The notes under the pieces were generated by a model that searched no databases, had not been told where the DNA came from, and saw only the letters and a program-made list of their open reading frames with translations. Position numbers and translations under genes: made by a program. Shown in pieces: positions 29,701-37,481 of a DNA stretch of 64,000 nt. The DNA is from Bradymonadia bacterium (GTDB lineage Bacteria; Myxococcota_A; Bradymonadia; UBA7976; UBA1532). The stretch is from NCBI GenBank assembly GCA_046290225.1, contig JBKAGE010000080.1, forward strand, positions 3,619 to 67,618, read 5' to 3'. The first letter of the stretch is position 1. The number at the start of each line of letters is the position of its first letter.

Positions 29701-30201
29701 GAGCTGGGCATGATGAAGAACGAGAACCCCTTCCAGGGCAGCTACTTCATCGAGCAGCTCACCGATCTCGTAGAAGAGGCGGTGCTCAAAGAGTTCGACC
29801 GCATCACGGATCGCGGTGGGGTGCTCGGCGCCATGGAGGTGATGTACCAGCGGGGCAAGATCCAAGAGGAGAGCCTGCTCTACGAGAGCCGTAAGCACAG
29901 CGGTGAGATGCCCATCATCGGGGTGAACACCTTCCTGGATCCCAATCCCTCGGAGGGCGTCGTGGAGGTGGATCTGATCCGATCCACTGAAGCAGAGAAG
30001 CAGGCGCAGATCGACGGGGTGCAAACGTTCCAACAACGCGATGCTGATCGCTCTGCCAAGGCCCTCGAGCGCCTGAAGCGCGTGGCCTGGTCAGGTGGCA
30101 ATGTCTTCGCCGAGCTGATGGAGACGGTGAAGTGGTGCTCTCTGGGGCAAATCTCCGAGGCCCTCTTCGAGGTGGGCGGTCAGTACCGCCGGAACATGTG
30201 A
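26740..30201 (+). CDS. icmF: Fused isobutyryl-CoA mutase/MeaB-like GTPase IcmF
   Basis: FDGHDAS (B12-binding), [52 protein letters not shown]. Confidence 0.96.
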   Translation: MSPPDPSPTIDPGSTTQPALEGPSRSVRFVTAASLFDGHDASINIMRRILQAKGAEVIHLGHDRAVQDLVEAAIEEDADGVAVSSYQGGHMEYFTYLVDQLAARGRPDIKVFGGGGGTITDKEIAELHRRGVTRIYSVEDGRRLGLEGMIQDMIDQARATATTPLSVVPLPSGLVEGDPATVARTLTALEDLHAAEDTTTLSRFREAVNAHLGDTRPLVLGITGVGGAGKSSLTDELVRRIKGAFPDRSVAVLSVDPSRRRTGGALLGDRIRMNTATGARVFMRSMATRQANAAVPVTVASALLALKAARFDLVILETAGIGQSGSEVTDLSDVSLYVMTPEFGAPTQLEKIDMLDYADVVAVNKADKRGATDAVKYVAKQVQRNRGDFSTLPSQMPVFGCIASRFGDAGVDALFGHLMSILNTRSAQWSVPPAGERAPDMPVVVPPARVRYLSEIAGAVRGHHAWTSTQAQRAATADGLRRTLADLGDVVPEVGQLYADDLLETGASPEVLMLRKRYNERLGQLDADCRKMLAEIPDLKARYRAPQNHYSVRGRTFEVENYTESLSGNDIAKVALPQTEDWGDLMRWVLTENVPGAWPYTAGVFPYKRTGEDPTRMFAGEGTPERTNRRFHYLSRGSAAARLSTAFDSVTLYGRDPALRPDIYGKVGNSGVSVATLDDAKRLYSGFDLTAPTTSVSMTINGPAPIILAMFFNTAIDQAVERRLKETGRWAEAQEKIKALTPHDPAYRTDLPEGHNGEGLGLLGVSGDQLLSAEEYAEVRAATLTQVRGTVQADILKEDQAQNTCIFSTDFALKMMGDIQAWFIDHGVRNFYSVSISGYHIAEAGANPISQLAFTLANGFTFVEYYRARGMQVDDFARNLSFFFSNGVDPEYAVIGRVARRIWAVAMKKLYGAGPRSQQLKYHIQTSGRSLHAQEIDFNDIRTTLQALYALADNCNSLHTNAYDEAITTPTEASVRRALAIQLIINRELGMMKNENPFQGSYFIEQLTDLVEEAVLKEFDRITDRGGVLGAMEVMYQRGKIQEESLLYESRKHSGEMPIIGVNTFLDPNPSEGVVEVDLIRSTEAEKQAQIDGVQTFQQRDADRSAKALERLKRVAWSGGNVFAELMETVKWCSLGQISEALFEVGGQYRRNM

Positions 30202-30209
30202 GACTGACG

Positions 30210-30509
30210 ATGTATCCGCAATCAGGTGGCCCCACTGAGCCCCCGATCATGCTGCGCAGCTTGCGCTATGCGCTCATCAGCTTCTTCGTCTGCGCCATCG
30301 TGGTGGCGGGGCTGGTGACGCCCTTTCGGGATCTGGTCATCGGCAACCGCACGCTGTCGATGCTGATGATGATGGCCCCCCTCATCATCAGCTTCCCCTT
30401 TGCCTTTGCTGTGGGGTTGATGGCCCGGAAGCACAATCTGACGTTGTTCCCGGCCATGGGGGCGGTGTTTCGGGTGATTACGTTTCGTAAGGCGGTGAAG
30501 GGGGGCTGA
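30210..30509 (+). CDS. Small membrane protein
   Basis: Two hydrophobic helices. Start at 30210 or 30249. Confidence 0.55.
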   Translation: MYPQSGGPTEPPIMLRSLRYALISFFVCAIVVAGLVTPFRDLVIGNRTLSMLMMMAPLIISFPFAFAVGLMARKHNLTLFPAMGAVFRVITFRKAVKGG

Positions 30510-30511
30510 GG

Positions 30512-30850
30512 GGGCGCTCCGCGGGTAAGAGAGTTTGTCGGGCACGGGCACGGGCACGGGCACGGGCACGAGTTGATACATACCTGGACCGGTGGCCCTT
30601 CCTGGATTCAGGGCGCAGGTTGTCATTGAGGCTGAGATGGTGCGCTTCAGAACAGCCTGAGAATTCAGGTCTTGGGGTGTATGGAGGTCAAAAGCCTCCA
30701 TTGAGAAGTAGGTGGGGCCAAGCAGAGCCTCCACCATCCCAAACCTACGAGCAGAGTCATACAGGGCCACCGGTCCAGGTATGTATCAACTCGTGCCCGT
30801 GCCCGTGCCCGTGCCCGTGCCCGAAAAACTCTCTTACCCGCGGAGCGCCC
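30512..30850. mobile_element. Fold-back (MITE/REPIN-like) element copy 1 with 88-bp arms containing (GGCACG)5
   Basis: 30512-30599 is the reverse complement of 30763-30850 with one mismatch. The interior is homologous, in inverted orientation, to copies 2 and 3. Confidence 0.85.
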
Positions 30851-30919
30851 TCCACAACACCAAACCACCCACCCCCCTCACGAAATTGACGCCAAGAGCA
30901 GATCACCCACACTGCCCCC

Positions 30920-32113
30920 ATGGCACCTTCCCACCCGTTCAAACGTTGGACCGCCGGCTTCGCTGCCAGCGTCGCCATGGTGGTGGCCACCTTCGTGCCC
31001 TGGGCCCCTGGAGACGGCAGCTTCGGGATGCACGAGGGCATCGCCGGGGCCCCAGGCGTGCGATTTCTCGCTGGGCAGATCGCCCTCGGCACCGGCGTAC
31101 TCTCACTGGCCCTGTGGTTGCTCAGTCGCGCCCGCCTCGGGGGGCTGATGGCCCTCGCTGGTGGCGCCACGGCGATGTGTGGGCTGGGCTTCGTGCCCAC
31201 GCTGAGCCTCGGTGGCGAGCCGCTCTGGGGATTCTGGCTCTATGTCGTCACCGCGGGCCTGGCGACGGTGCTCTCCGTCAGCCAGCCGCTGCGCAGCAAA
31301 GCCGACGTGCGGGCCCTCAAAGACACCATCGACCATCGGCTCAACCCCCAGACGGGTGACAGCCGCTTCGTCGACACCCTCATCATCACCCTCATCGCCA
31401 TCAACATCGTGCTGGTGATGTTGGAGACAGAGCCGGAGATTGCCCACCAGTACGGCCCGAGCTTTCTCGTGGCGGAGACGATCTCCACCTGGGTATTCGC
31501 CGTAGAGTATCTGCTGCGGGTGTGGGTGGTGGACGTCACTGACGATCGCCGCATGCCCCGGCTGCGCTATATGTTCAGCGTGATGGCCATCATCGACCTG
31601 GTGGCCATCGCCCCGTTCTTCTTGCAGTTCATGCAGATGGACCTCCGCATCGCCCGGGCGATCCGCCTGATGCGTCTGCTCCGCATCTTGAAGATGGGCC
31701 GCTACGCCCGGGCGGTCCGCACCCTGGCCAACGTGGTGGTGAGCAAGCGCGAGGAGCTGGCGATCTCCACCTTCGTGAGCTCGATGGTGCTGATCTTGTC
31801 GGCGAGCGCGATGTACTTCGCGGAGCACGAGGCCCAGCCGGAGGCGTTCCGCAGCATCCCCTCGACGATGTGGTGGGCGGTGGTGACGCTGACGAGCGTG
31901 GGCTACGGAGATGTGTCGCCGGTGACGGGGGTCGGGCAGCTCATCGGGGCGGTGGTCTGCTTGTCGGGGGTGCTGCTGGTGGCCCTGCCCACGGGCATTC
32001 TGGCCTCGGGCTTTCTGGAAGAGATGCGCCGTCAGCGCATGGGCAACGAGAGCGAAGTGTTCGGGTTCTGCCCTCACTGCGGGAAGAGGCTGCTGCCTCA
32101 TGAGGAGGATTGA
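30920..32113 (+). CDS. Voltage-gated potassium channel-like ion transporter with an extra N-terminal TM domain
   Basis: S4 RAIRLMRLLRILK, filter TLTSVGYGD, C-terminal CPHCG. Confidence 0.9.
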   Translation: MAPSHPFKRWTAGFAASVAMVVATFVPWAPGDGSFGMHEGIAGAPGVRFLAGQIALGTGVLSLALWLLSRARLGGLMALAGGATAMCGLGFVPTLSLGGEPLWGFWLYVVTAGLATVLSVSQPLRSKADVRALKDTIDHRLNPQTGDSRFVDTLIITLIAINIVLVMLETEPEIAHQYGPSFLVAETISTWVFAVEYLLRVWVVDVTDDRRMPRLRYMFSVMAIIDLVAIAPFFLQFMQMDLRIARAIRLMRLLRILKMGRYARAVRTLANVVVSKREELAISTFVSSMVLILSASAMYFAEHEAQPEAFRSIPSTMWWAVVTLTSVGYGDVSPVTGVGQLIGAVVCLSGVLLVALPTGILASGFLEEMRRQRMGNESEVFGFCPHCGKRLLPHEED

Positions 32114-32180
32114 GGGCCTTTCCCGATCGGTCCTATGAGGCTCTTGAGTTGGATGACTGGCTTTCCCTCAGAAGTTTACC

Positions 32181-32220
32181 GTACACTTGTCAGTACGCTT
32201 GAACGTACTCTTAAGGGCAC
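32181..32220 (+). promoter_or_regulatory. Putative antitoxin operator: GTAC cores phased every 12 bp
   Basis: GTAC at 32181, 32193 and 32205 (each followed by nCTT), plus GCAC at 32217, directly before the antitoxin ATG. Confidence 0.65.
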
Positions 32221-32225
32221 TCAGG

Positions 32226-32510
32226 ATGTCGAGAATCCCTGCCATCATCCCAGTCACTGATCTCAGGCAAGACTCTGCTGCAGTGCTTGAGAAGCTCAAA
32301 CACTCTGACGAACCTGTCGTCATCACCCAACGCGGCCGCGCAGCGGCTGTTTTGCTCGATGTCGATGCATACGAGCGCCTGGCCAACGAGCGCGATCTAC
32401 TTCTGGCCCTCGCCGAGGGTGAGCGGGCAATTCGTAGGGGTGAGGTTTCAACGGCCAAAGAGGTATTCGACGACTTGGATACGTTGTTTGATGAGGACGC
32501 ACCCGAGTGA
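32226..32510 (+). CDS. Type II antitoxin, Phd/YefM family
   Basis: IIPVTDLRQD...EPVVITQRGRAAAVLLDVDAYE. Confidence 0.92.
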   Translation: MSRIPAIIPVTDLRQDSAAVLEKLKHSDEPVVITQRGRAAAVLLDVDAYERLANERDLLLALAEGERAIRRGEVSTAKEVFDDLDTLFDEDAPE

Positions 32511-32794
32511 AGAAAGTTGTCTTCGCTGACCCAGCTCGCAAAGCGCTCATTGCACAGCTCAAGTACATACGTCAGCGCAATCCCAACGCAGCTCGCCGGA
32601 TCAAGGACGAGGTCAAACAGGCCACCCTACGGCTATCAGAGTCTCCACACTCGGGACGCCCACTCTCAGAGTTTCCGCACGCCCAATATCGCGAAGTCAT
32701 TGTAAGGCCGCTGAGGTTGTTCTATCGGCTAGAGGATGATGTTGTACTCATTGTAGCCGTTTGGCATACGTCACAATCCGCTGATGAACCGTGA
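32507..32794 (+). CDS. Type II toxin, RelE/ParE family
   Basis: GTGA overlap with the antitoxin; YIRQRNPNAA...P.SGR...YREVI...LFYR....IVAVWH. Confidence 0.9.
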   Translation: MKKVVFADPARKALIAQLKYIRQRNPNAARRIKDEVKQATLRLSESPHSGRPLSEFPHAQYREVIVRPLRLFYRLEDDVVLIVAVWHTSQSADEP

Positions 32795-32814
32795 GACGAC
32801 TATCCAGACAACAG

Positions 32815-33556
32815 TCAACCAACATCAGAGCCCTCCTCAAAGGCCATAGAATTCAGAGTGCGATGAAGCATACTCCAATCAAGTTCAAGCCGGCCGTCTC
32901 TACATACATAGTAGTCACCCCCCAAAGACTCATAGGCGGAATGACGGTTTGAGGACAGAGGGTTCCAGAGACCAGCGAATCCAGGCCAAACGATTTCAGC
33001 TTCTCCAGACTTCATGAGAGTTCCCAAGCGCTCACGCCTTGCAGGCGTTGACTCTTGAGAGAGTGCGGTATGAGGCAAAAGCTGCATCTCATACAAGCAA
33101 TAACTTACGAGAAAAGACGAAAGGCTCTCAGACAAAATAACACGTTTTGACGCCCTTCTTTCTTCAGAATCTACGCATCCTGACTCGTAGCCACTGCAGT
33201 CACTCACCCATACCGGTGGGTCTTCTCCATAGGGAAGAGTGCCACATGACCAAACACACTGGTTCTCGAGGGCAAATATCAGTTCACCGCTTGAGCTGGG
33301 TTGCCAGAGAACAAATTCATTCTGCATGCCCAGTACCGATTCAGCAGCGGGGTGAATGCTCTGAGGCGGCGACCACCGAAGCGCATACCCATACAACCGC
33401 CTCAATGGCATCGGTAGTTGATACTTGTCCAACTCTTCAGACGGTACGCCATACTCGGGCTTCCACGGCCCGAGCCACCACGCCATGAACGCGCACAGCG
33501 CGTCCATCCTCTCTGCGGCTGTCCTTGCCCCCCATCAAATCCGGGCGCTCGCCCAT
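32815..33556 (-). pseudogene. SMI1/KNR4 (SUKH)-like immunity protein, apparently frameshifted near the 5' end
   Basis: LPMPLRRLY..QN..LIFALENQCVW..GEDPPVW..LSESLSSFL. A strong GGGAGGT RBS with ATG 33556 is out of frame by one base at a G6 run. An ORF from ATG 33507 remains intact. Confidence 0.55.
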
Positions 33557-33575
33557 GCCCCACCTCCCGGTCAGC

Positions 33576-34601
33576 TCACCAGCGGCCCTGAATGTTGCCC
33601 ATGAAGTTGTAGGGATACCCAGGCTCCACGGCGCTCGCGTCGTCGAGGGCCTTCATCTGCGCCTCCGTCAGCTTCAGATCACCCGCAGGCAGGTTGTCTT
33701 CCAGCTGAGCCACTGAGCGAGCGCCGAAGATCACCGAGGTCACCGCAGGCTTGTGCAGGAGCCACGCCAGCGACACCTGGGCCGGCGTCGACTCTGTCTC
33801 TGCGGCCACAGCGTCCACCGCGGCGAGGATCTTCCAGTTCCGCTCCGAATCCATGCGGGCGTAGCGATCCTTCCAGTGCTCCAGGCGGGCGCCCGCAGGA
33901 GGCTCTTGCCCCTTGCGGTATTTCCCTGTGAGGAACCCGCTCGCCAGCGGAGACCAGGGGATGATGCCCAGGCCCCACTGCTCGCTCAGAGGCACATGCT
34001 CTCTCTCGAGGCCTCGCTCCAACAGGCTGTATTGCATCTGCAGGGCCACGTAGCGGTTCATGCGCTGATCGCGGCTCGTCCAGAGGCTGTCCACGAGACG
34101 ATAGGCGGCGTAGTTACTCGCCCCGGTGTAGAGCACCTTGCCCTGGCGCACAAGATCGTCCAGGGCCCGGAGCGTCTCCTCCTCGGGCGTGTCCACGTCC
34201 TGCATGTGTATCTGATACAGGTCGATGTAGTCCGTCTTCAGGCGGCGCAGGCTGTCTTCACACGCCTTGATGATGCGACGACGGCTCGCCCCAGTGCCCA
34301 GAGGGCCCGGGGCCATGCGGAACCGGCACTTGGTGGCCAGGACCACCTCGTCCCGACGGCCTGTGGCCTCGAACCAGTCGCCGATGACCCGCTCCGAGAG
34401 CCCCGCCTGGCCGTACACGTCGGCGGTGTCGAAGAAGTTCACCCCAGCGTCGAGGGCCCGGCTCATGATTTCGTGGCTGGTGGCGGCGGTGCTGCCCACC
34501 TTATGCATGAACGACGTCTCGTCGGCCTCGCCAAAGGTCATGGTCCCCAGGCACAGGGTCGACACCTTCAGGCCGCTGTGGCCCAGTCGTCGGTACTCCA
34601 T
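33576..34601 (-). CDS. Aldo/keto reductase
   Basis: LGHSGLKVSTLCLGTMTFG, FFDTADVYG, LATK, SLRRLKTDYIDLYQIH, WSPLASGFLTGKY. Confidence 0.95.
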   Translation of the reverse strand: MEYRRLGHSGLKVSTLCLGTMTFGEADETSFMHKVGSTAATSHEIMSRALDAGVNFFDTADVYGQAGLSERVIGDWFEATGRRDEVVLATKCRFRMAPGPLGTGASRRRIIKACEDSLRRLKTDYIDLYQIHMQDVDTPEEETLRALDDLVRQGKVLYTGASNYAAYRLVDSLWTSRDQRMNRYVALQMQYSLLERGLEREHVPLSEQWGLGIIPWSPLASGFLTGKYRKGQEPPAGARLEHWKDRYARMDSERNWKILAAVDAVAAETESTPAQVSLAWLLHKPAVTSVIFGARSVAQLEDNLPAGDLKLTEAQMKALDDASAVEPGYPYNFMGNIQGRW

Positions 34602-34685
34602 CTCGCGCTCCTCAATGGTTCGCGGTGAACCATAGCGAGCCAGGGTTTCATTTGCGATGAAGCTGACAGTGTGGGTTGTCGGAGC

Positions 34686-35294
34686 TTACTTGAAGTCTTT
34701 GCGGGCCTTGTGTCGGCCATCGCACCAGGGCTTGTTCGCCGAGCGGCCGCAGCGGCAGAGAGTGCCGCGGTTCTCGGGCTGACGCTCGTGCAACTCGGCG
34801 TTGATGGTGAAGGCCTCGAGGAGCCTGATCTCGCCACCCTCCATGATGTCGATGCTCACGCTCGGCACCTTGGCTTCGGGCTCTATGGCGTCGGGGGTCT
34901 TCACCTCGTAGCTCAGGGCGCCGGAGGGGCACTCCCCCACCACCTTCATGATCTCCGTCGCCGCGATGGCGTCGCCGGCCAGCTCGCGCTCTCGCAGCTC
35001 TTTGAGGGGCTTGCAGTAGAACACGTGCATGCAGGTGTTGGCGTTGAAGAAGGTGCGCAGGGTCTGGCCTTCCCACACCCGGATCTCTTTCTGGGCCGGT
35101 GGCTCGCTGGTGCCCTTGAAGCCCACCTTGCTGTGTGATCCGTCACAGAACGGGGCGTTCTGACTCTCGCCACAACGACACAGATAGATGTCACCGTCGA
35201 CTGGCACGGCGTTGCCGCAAAAATTCACAGTCTCAGCGTTGCTGACTTTGATGGGCCCATCAGGAATGACGAAGACATCGATCTGCTCGGACAT
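34686..35294 (-). CDS. CDGSH iron-sulfur domain protein (two CDGSH motifs + divergent 4Fe-4S domain)
   Basis: CRCGESQNAPFCDGSH, CMH..C...CPSGAL, CRCGRSANKPWCDGRH. Confidence 0.9.
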   Translation of the reverse strand: MSEQIDVFVIPDGPIKVSNAETVNFCGNAVPVDGDIYLCRCGESQNAPFCDGSHSKVGFKGTSEPPAQKEIRVWEGQTLRTFFNANTCMHVFYCKPLKELRERELAGDAIAATEIMKVVGECPSGALSYEVKTPDAIEPEAKVPSVSIDIMEGGEIRLLEAFTINAELHERQPENRGTLCRCGRSANKPWCDGRHKARKDFK

Positions 35295-35424
35295 GGTGAC
35301 TCCCGTAAATGTCGCGCTGTGCCCGCCCTGGTCTTCAAGGGGGCAGAGGTAGGAGGCACCACGATCTGGAAAGTTGCAAGAAGAGACGCTGCGCTCACAG
35401 CAGGTGCTATGACAGGCAGATCTC

Positions 35425-36657
35425 TCAGTACGGATACAGCTTCGCCAGACGCGGATCAGCCTTCGTCACCTCCATGAGGCCATCTTCCGTCTCGGTGCCC
35501 AACCACCAGAACCACTTCAGCTTCGGCAGAGCGCCGTCGGCGATCTGCTTCAGATGAGCCTTGCCAAAACCATTGCCGAACCGGATCCGCTCCAGCTTCT
35601 GCATGGATGGCGCCTGCAGCAGGGTCGTCACCCCCGCCTCAGTGAGCTGCGTGCCGACAATGTCGAGACCTGTCAGCTCGATGCCCGTGTCGACAAGCGC
35701 TTGAGCATGGGCGTCGGTGAAGGGCGTGTTGTCGACCTTCACTGACTTGATGGTCTCCGGCAGCTTCGAAATGAGCGTGCTCAAACCGGCCTCGTTGAAC
35801 CCTGTCTGCTCGATGTCGAGCAGCTCGAGGTTGGGCAGCTCACCAAGCCAGCTCTCGGGTGCCCGCCCGAGGGGGTTGTTGGGCATGTGCAACTCACGCA
35901 TCTGCGACAGCGCCCCATCGGCCGCGAGGCAGGTGAAGGCCTCGTCGCTCAGCTCGTTGTATTCGAGGTTGATCCGCTCGAGAGACCTCAGCCACGACGC
36001 CCCAGCGAGGTGCTGTGCGCCTTCGAGGCCGATCCCGTTGAGGCCGAGATGCAGCGCCTTGAGGCCTTCGAGCCCAGGGGCCTTGGCCAGAGCTTTGGCG
36101 CCATCGGCGCGGATCCAGTTCTGGGTGAGCACGAGGCTCTCGAGGGCGGCCCAGTCGATCTTGGCGACGAGCTTGAGCTGTGTGGGCTTGAGCTCGCAGT
36201 ACCACAGTCGGAACACCTTCCAGTGCTGCCACGGACCATCACCCTTGAAGAGCTTCAGGAACGTGCCTGGGGGCTTCACCTGATCGAAGCCCACCTGTGC
36301 CACATTGCGCAACTCGGCGTCGGGGCTGATCACTTGGGGGAGCTTCTGATCCCGTAGAGGTCGCCGCGGGCTCTCCAGAATGCGGATCAACCGATGCTTG
36401 GGCTGATGGTTCCCGGTGTAGACCTCTTTGACCCAGTGCAATGGGGCACGGCGCATCTCGTAGTCAGGGCTGCCGTTGATGCCGGACCAGCCATCGACCC
36501 GGCTGGGCCAATGCTCGGATGCCTTCTCGAAGGCAATGACCGCACCAGCCTGCTTGCTCGCAGGCATCCGGTCGAAGATCTCGACGACCTTCTTCCACTT
36601 GTTGTTCTCGTACGTCGGCATGCCCTGGGCGAGCTGCTCAAGCTTCGTGATCGACAT
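35425..36657 (-). CDS. Leucine-rich repeat protein (RI-like)
   Basis: LESLVLTQNWI..DGAKALA, LKALHLGLNGIG..GA..LA, LERINLEYNEL. GAGG RBS. Confidence 0.8.
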   Translation of the reverse strand: MSITKLEQLAQGMPTYENNKWKKVVEIFDRMPASKQAGAVIAFEKASEHWPSRVDGWSGINGSPDYEMRRAPLHWVKEVYTGNHQPKHRLIRILESPRRPLRDQKLPQVISPDAELRNVAQVGFDQVKPPGTFLKLFKGDGPWQHWKVFRLWYCELKPTQLKLVAKIDWAALESLVLTQNWIRADGAKALAKAPGLEGLKALHLGLNGIGLEGAQHLAGASWLRSLERINLEYNELSDEAFTCLAADGALSQMRELHMPNNPLGRAPESWLGELPNLELLDIEQTGFNEAGLSTLISKLPETIKSVKVDNTPFTDAHAQALVDTGIELTGLDIVGTQLTEAGVTTLLQAPSMQKLERIRFGNGFGKAHLKQIADGALPKLKWFWWLGTETEDGLMEVTKADPRLAKLYPY

Positions 36658-36722
36658 GTATCAACCTCTGTTCGGGTAAAGGGCACCGCGATGAGATGAG
36701 GGGTAGAATCTCGCGTTGGTGA

Positions 36723-37391
36723 TCAGCTGGGCATGACGTTGGGGCCGCCTTTGGCCTCGGCCTCCTGGTAGCCAGCGCGGGCCTGTACTCGCTCCAGCCA
36801 GCCCTTCAGCTTTGGGGTCTTGGTGCCTCCGCGATGCAAGAGCGCCTGAACCGGGTAGGACATCTGCACATCGGCGGCGCTGAAAGCAGCGCCGGCAAAC
36901 CACGCGTGCTCCGTGAGGTGGGCTTCCATGAACTCGGTGTGCAGTGCCAGCTCGGGATCGGTGTAGGCCTCGTCCACCTTGGTCACGAGGGTCTTGGCGA
37001 TGGGCTTGATGAAGAAGGGCAGTGGGGCCTTCTTGATGCGGTCGAAGATGAGCCGCACCAGCAGCGGCGGCATCAGCGAGCCTTCGGCGTAGTGCATCCA
37101 GTAGCGGTAGTGAGCCAGCGACTGGGCATCCGTGGGCTTGAGCTTGCCCCCACCAGGACCATCGACGAGGGCCTCGATGACCGCCCCGGACTCCGCCATC
37201 ACTACACCGTCGATGACGACGATGGGCGCCTTGCCCAGCGCGTGCACCTCTCTGAGCGCCGGATCAGCCCGCATGGTCTCCGGGTGGCGCTCGTAGGTCT
37301 TGAGCGTGTACTCGAGGCCCAGCTCGGCGAGCAGCCACAAGATGCGGTGAGATCTGGACTTCTCGAGGTGATGAACGACGATCTCGGCCAT
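36723..37391 (-). CDS. Glutathione S-transferase (GTT1-like)
   Basis: HHLEKSRSHRILWLLAELG, HALGKAP, ESGAV, HYAEGSLMP, FSAADVQM. Confidence 0.93.
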   Translation of the reverse strand: MAEIVVHHLEKSRSHRILWLLAELGLEYTLKTYERHPETMRADPALREVHALGKAPIVVIDGVVMAESGAVIEALVDGPGGGKLKPTDAQSLAHYRYWMHYAEGSLMPPLLVRLIFDRIKKAPLPFFIKPIAKTLVTKVDEAYTDPELALHTEFMEAHLTEHAWFAGAAFSAADVQMSYPVQALLHRGGTKTPKLKGWLERVQARAGYQEAEAKGGPNVMPS

Positions 37392-37481
37392 GGCCCGGCC
37401 TCTCCTTCGGTGTGTGATGTGCGGCGACGTTCACACGGGCTGTAGAGAGATCGCAAGGCCCCTTGCCTGTGGTGCGCGCTG

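Noticed and set aside
30541-30822. Possible CRISPR array
   Set aside because: Contiguous hexamer repeats in inverted arms, no unique spacers, and no cas genes in the window.
30222-31359. ORFs containing VPVPVP/RARARA/GHGHGH (also 47711-48367, 55116-55823, 10742-11330)
   Set aside because: These are translations of the (GGCACG)5 arms. Reading frames are not conserved between copies (indels and stops), so they are not genes.
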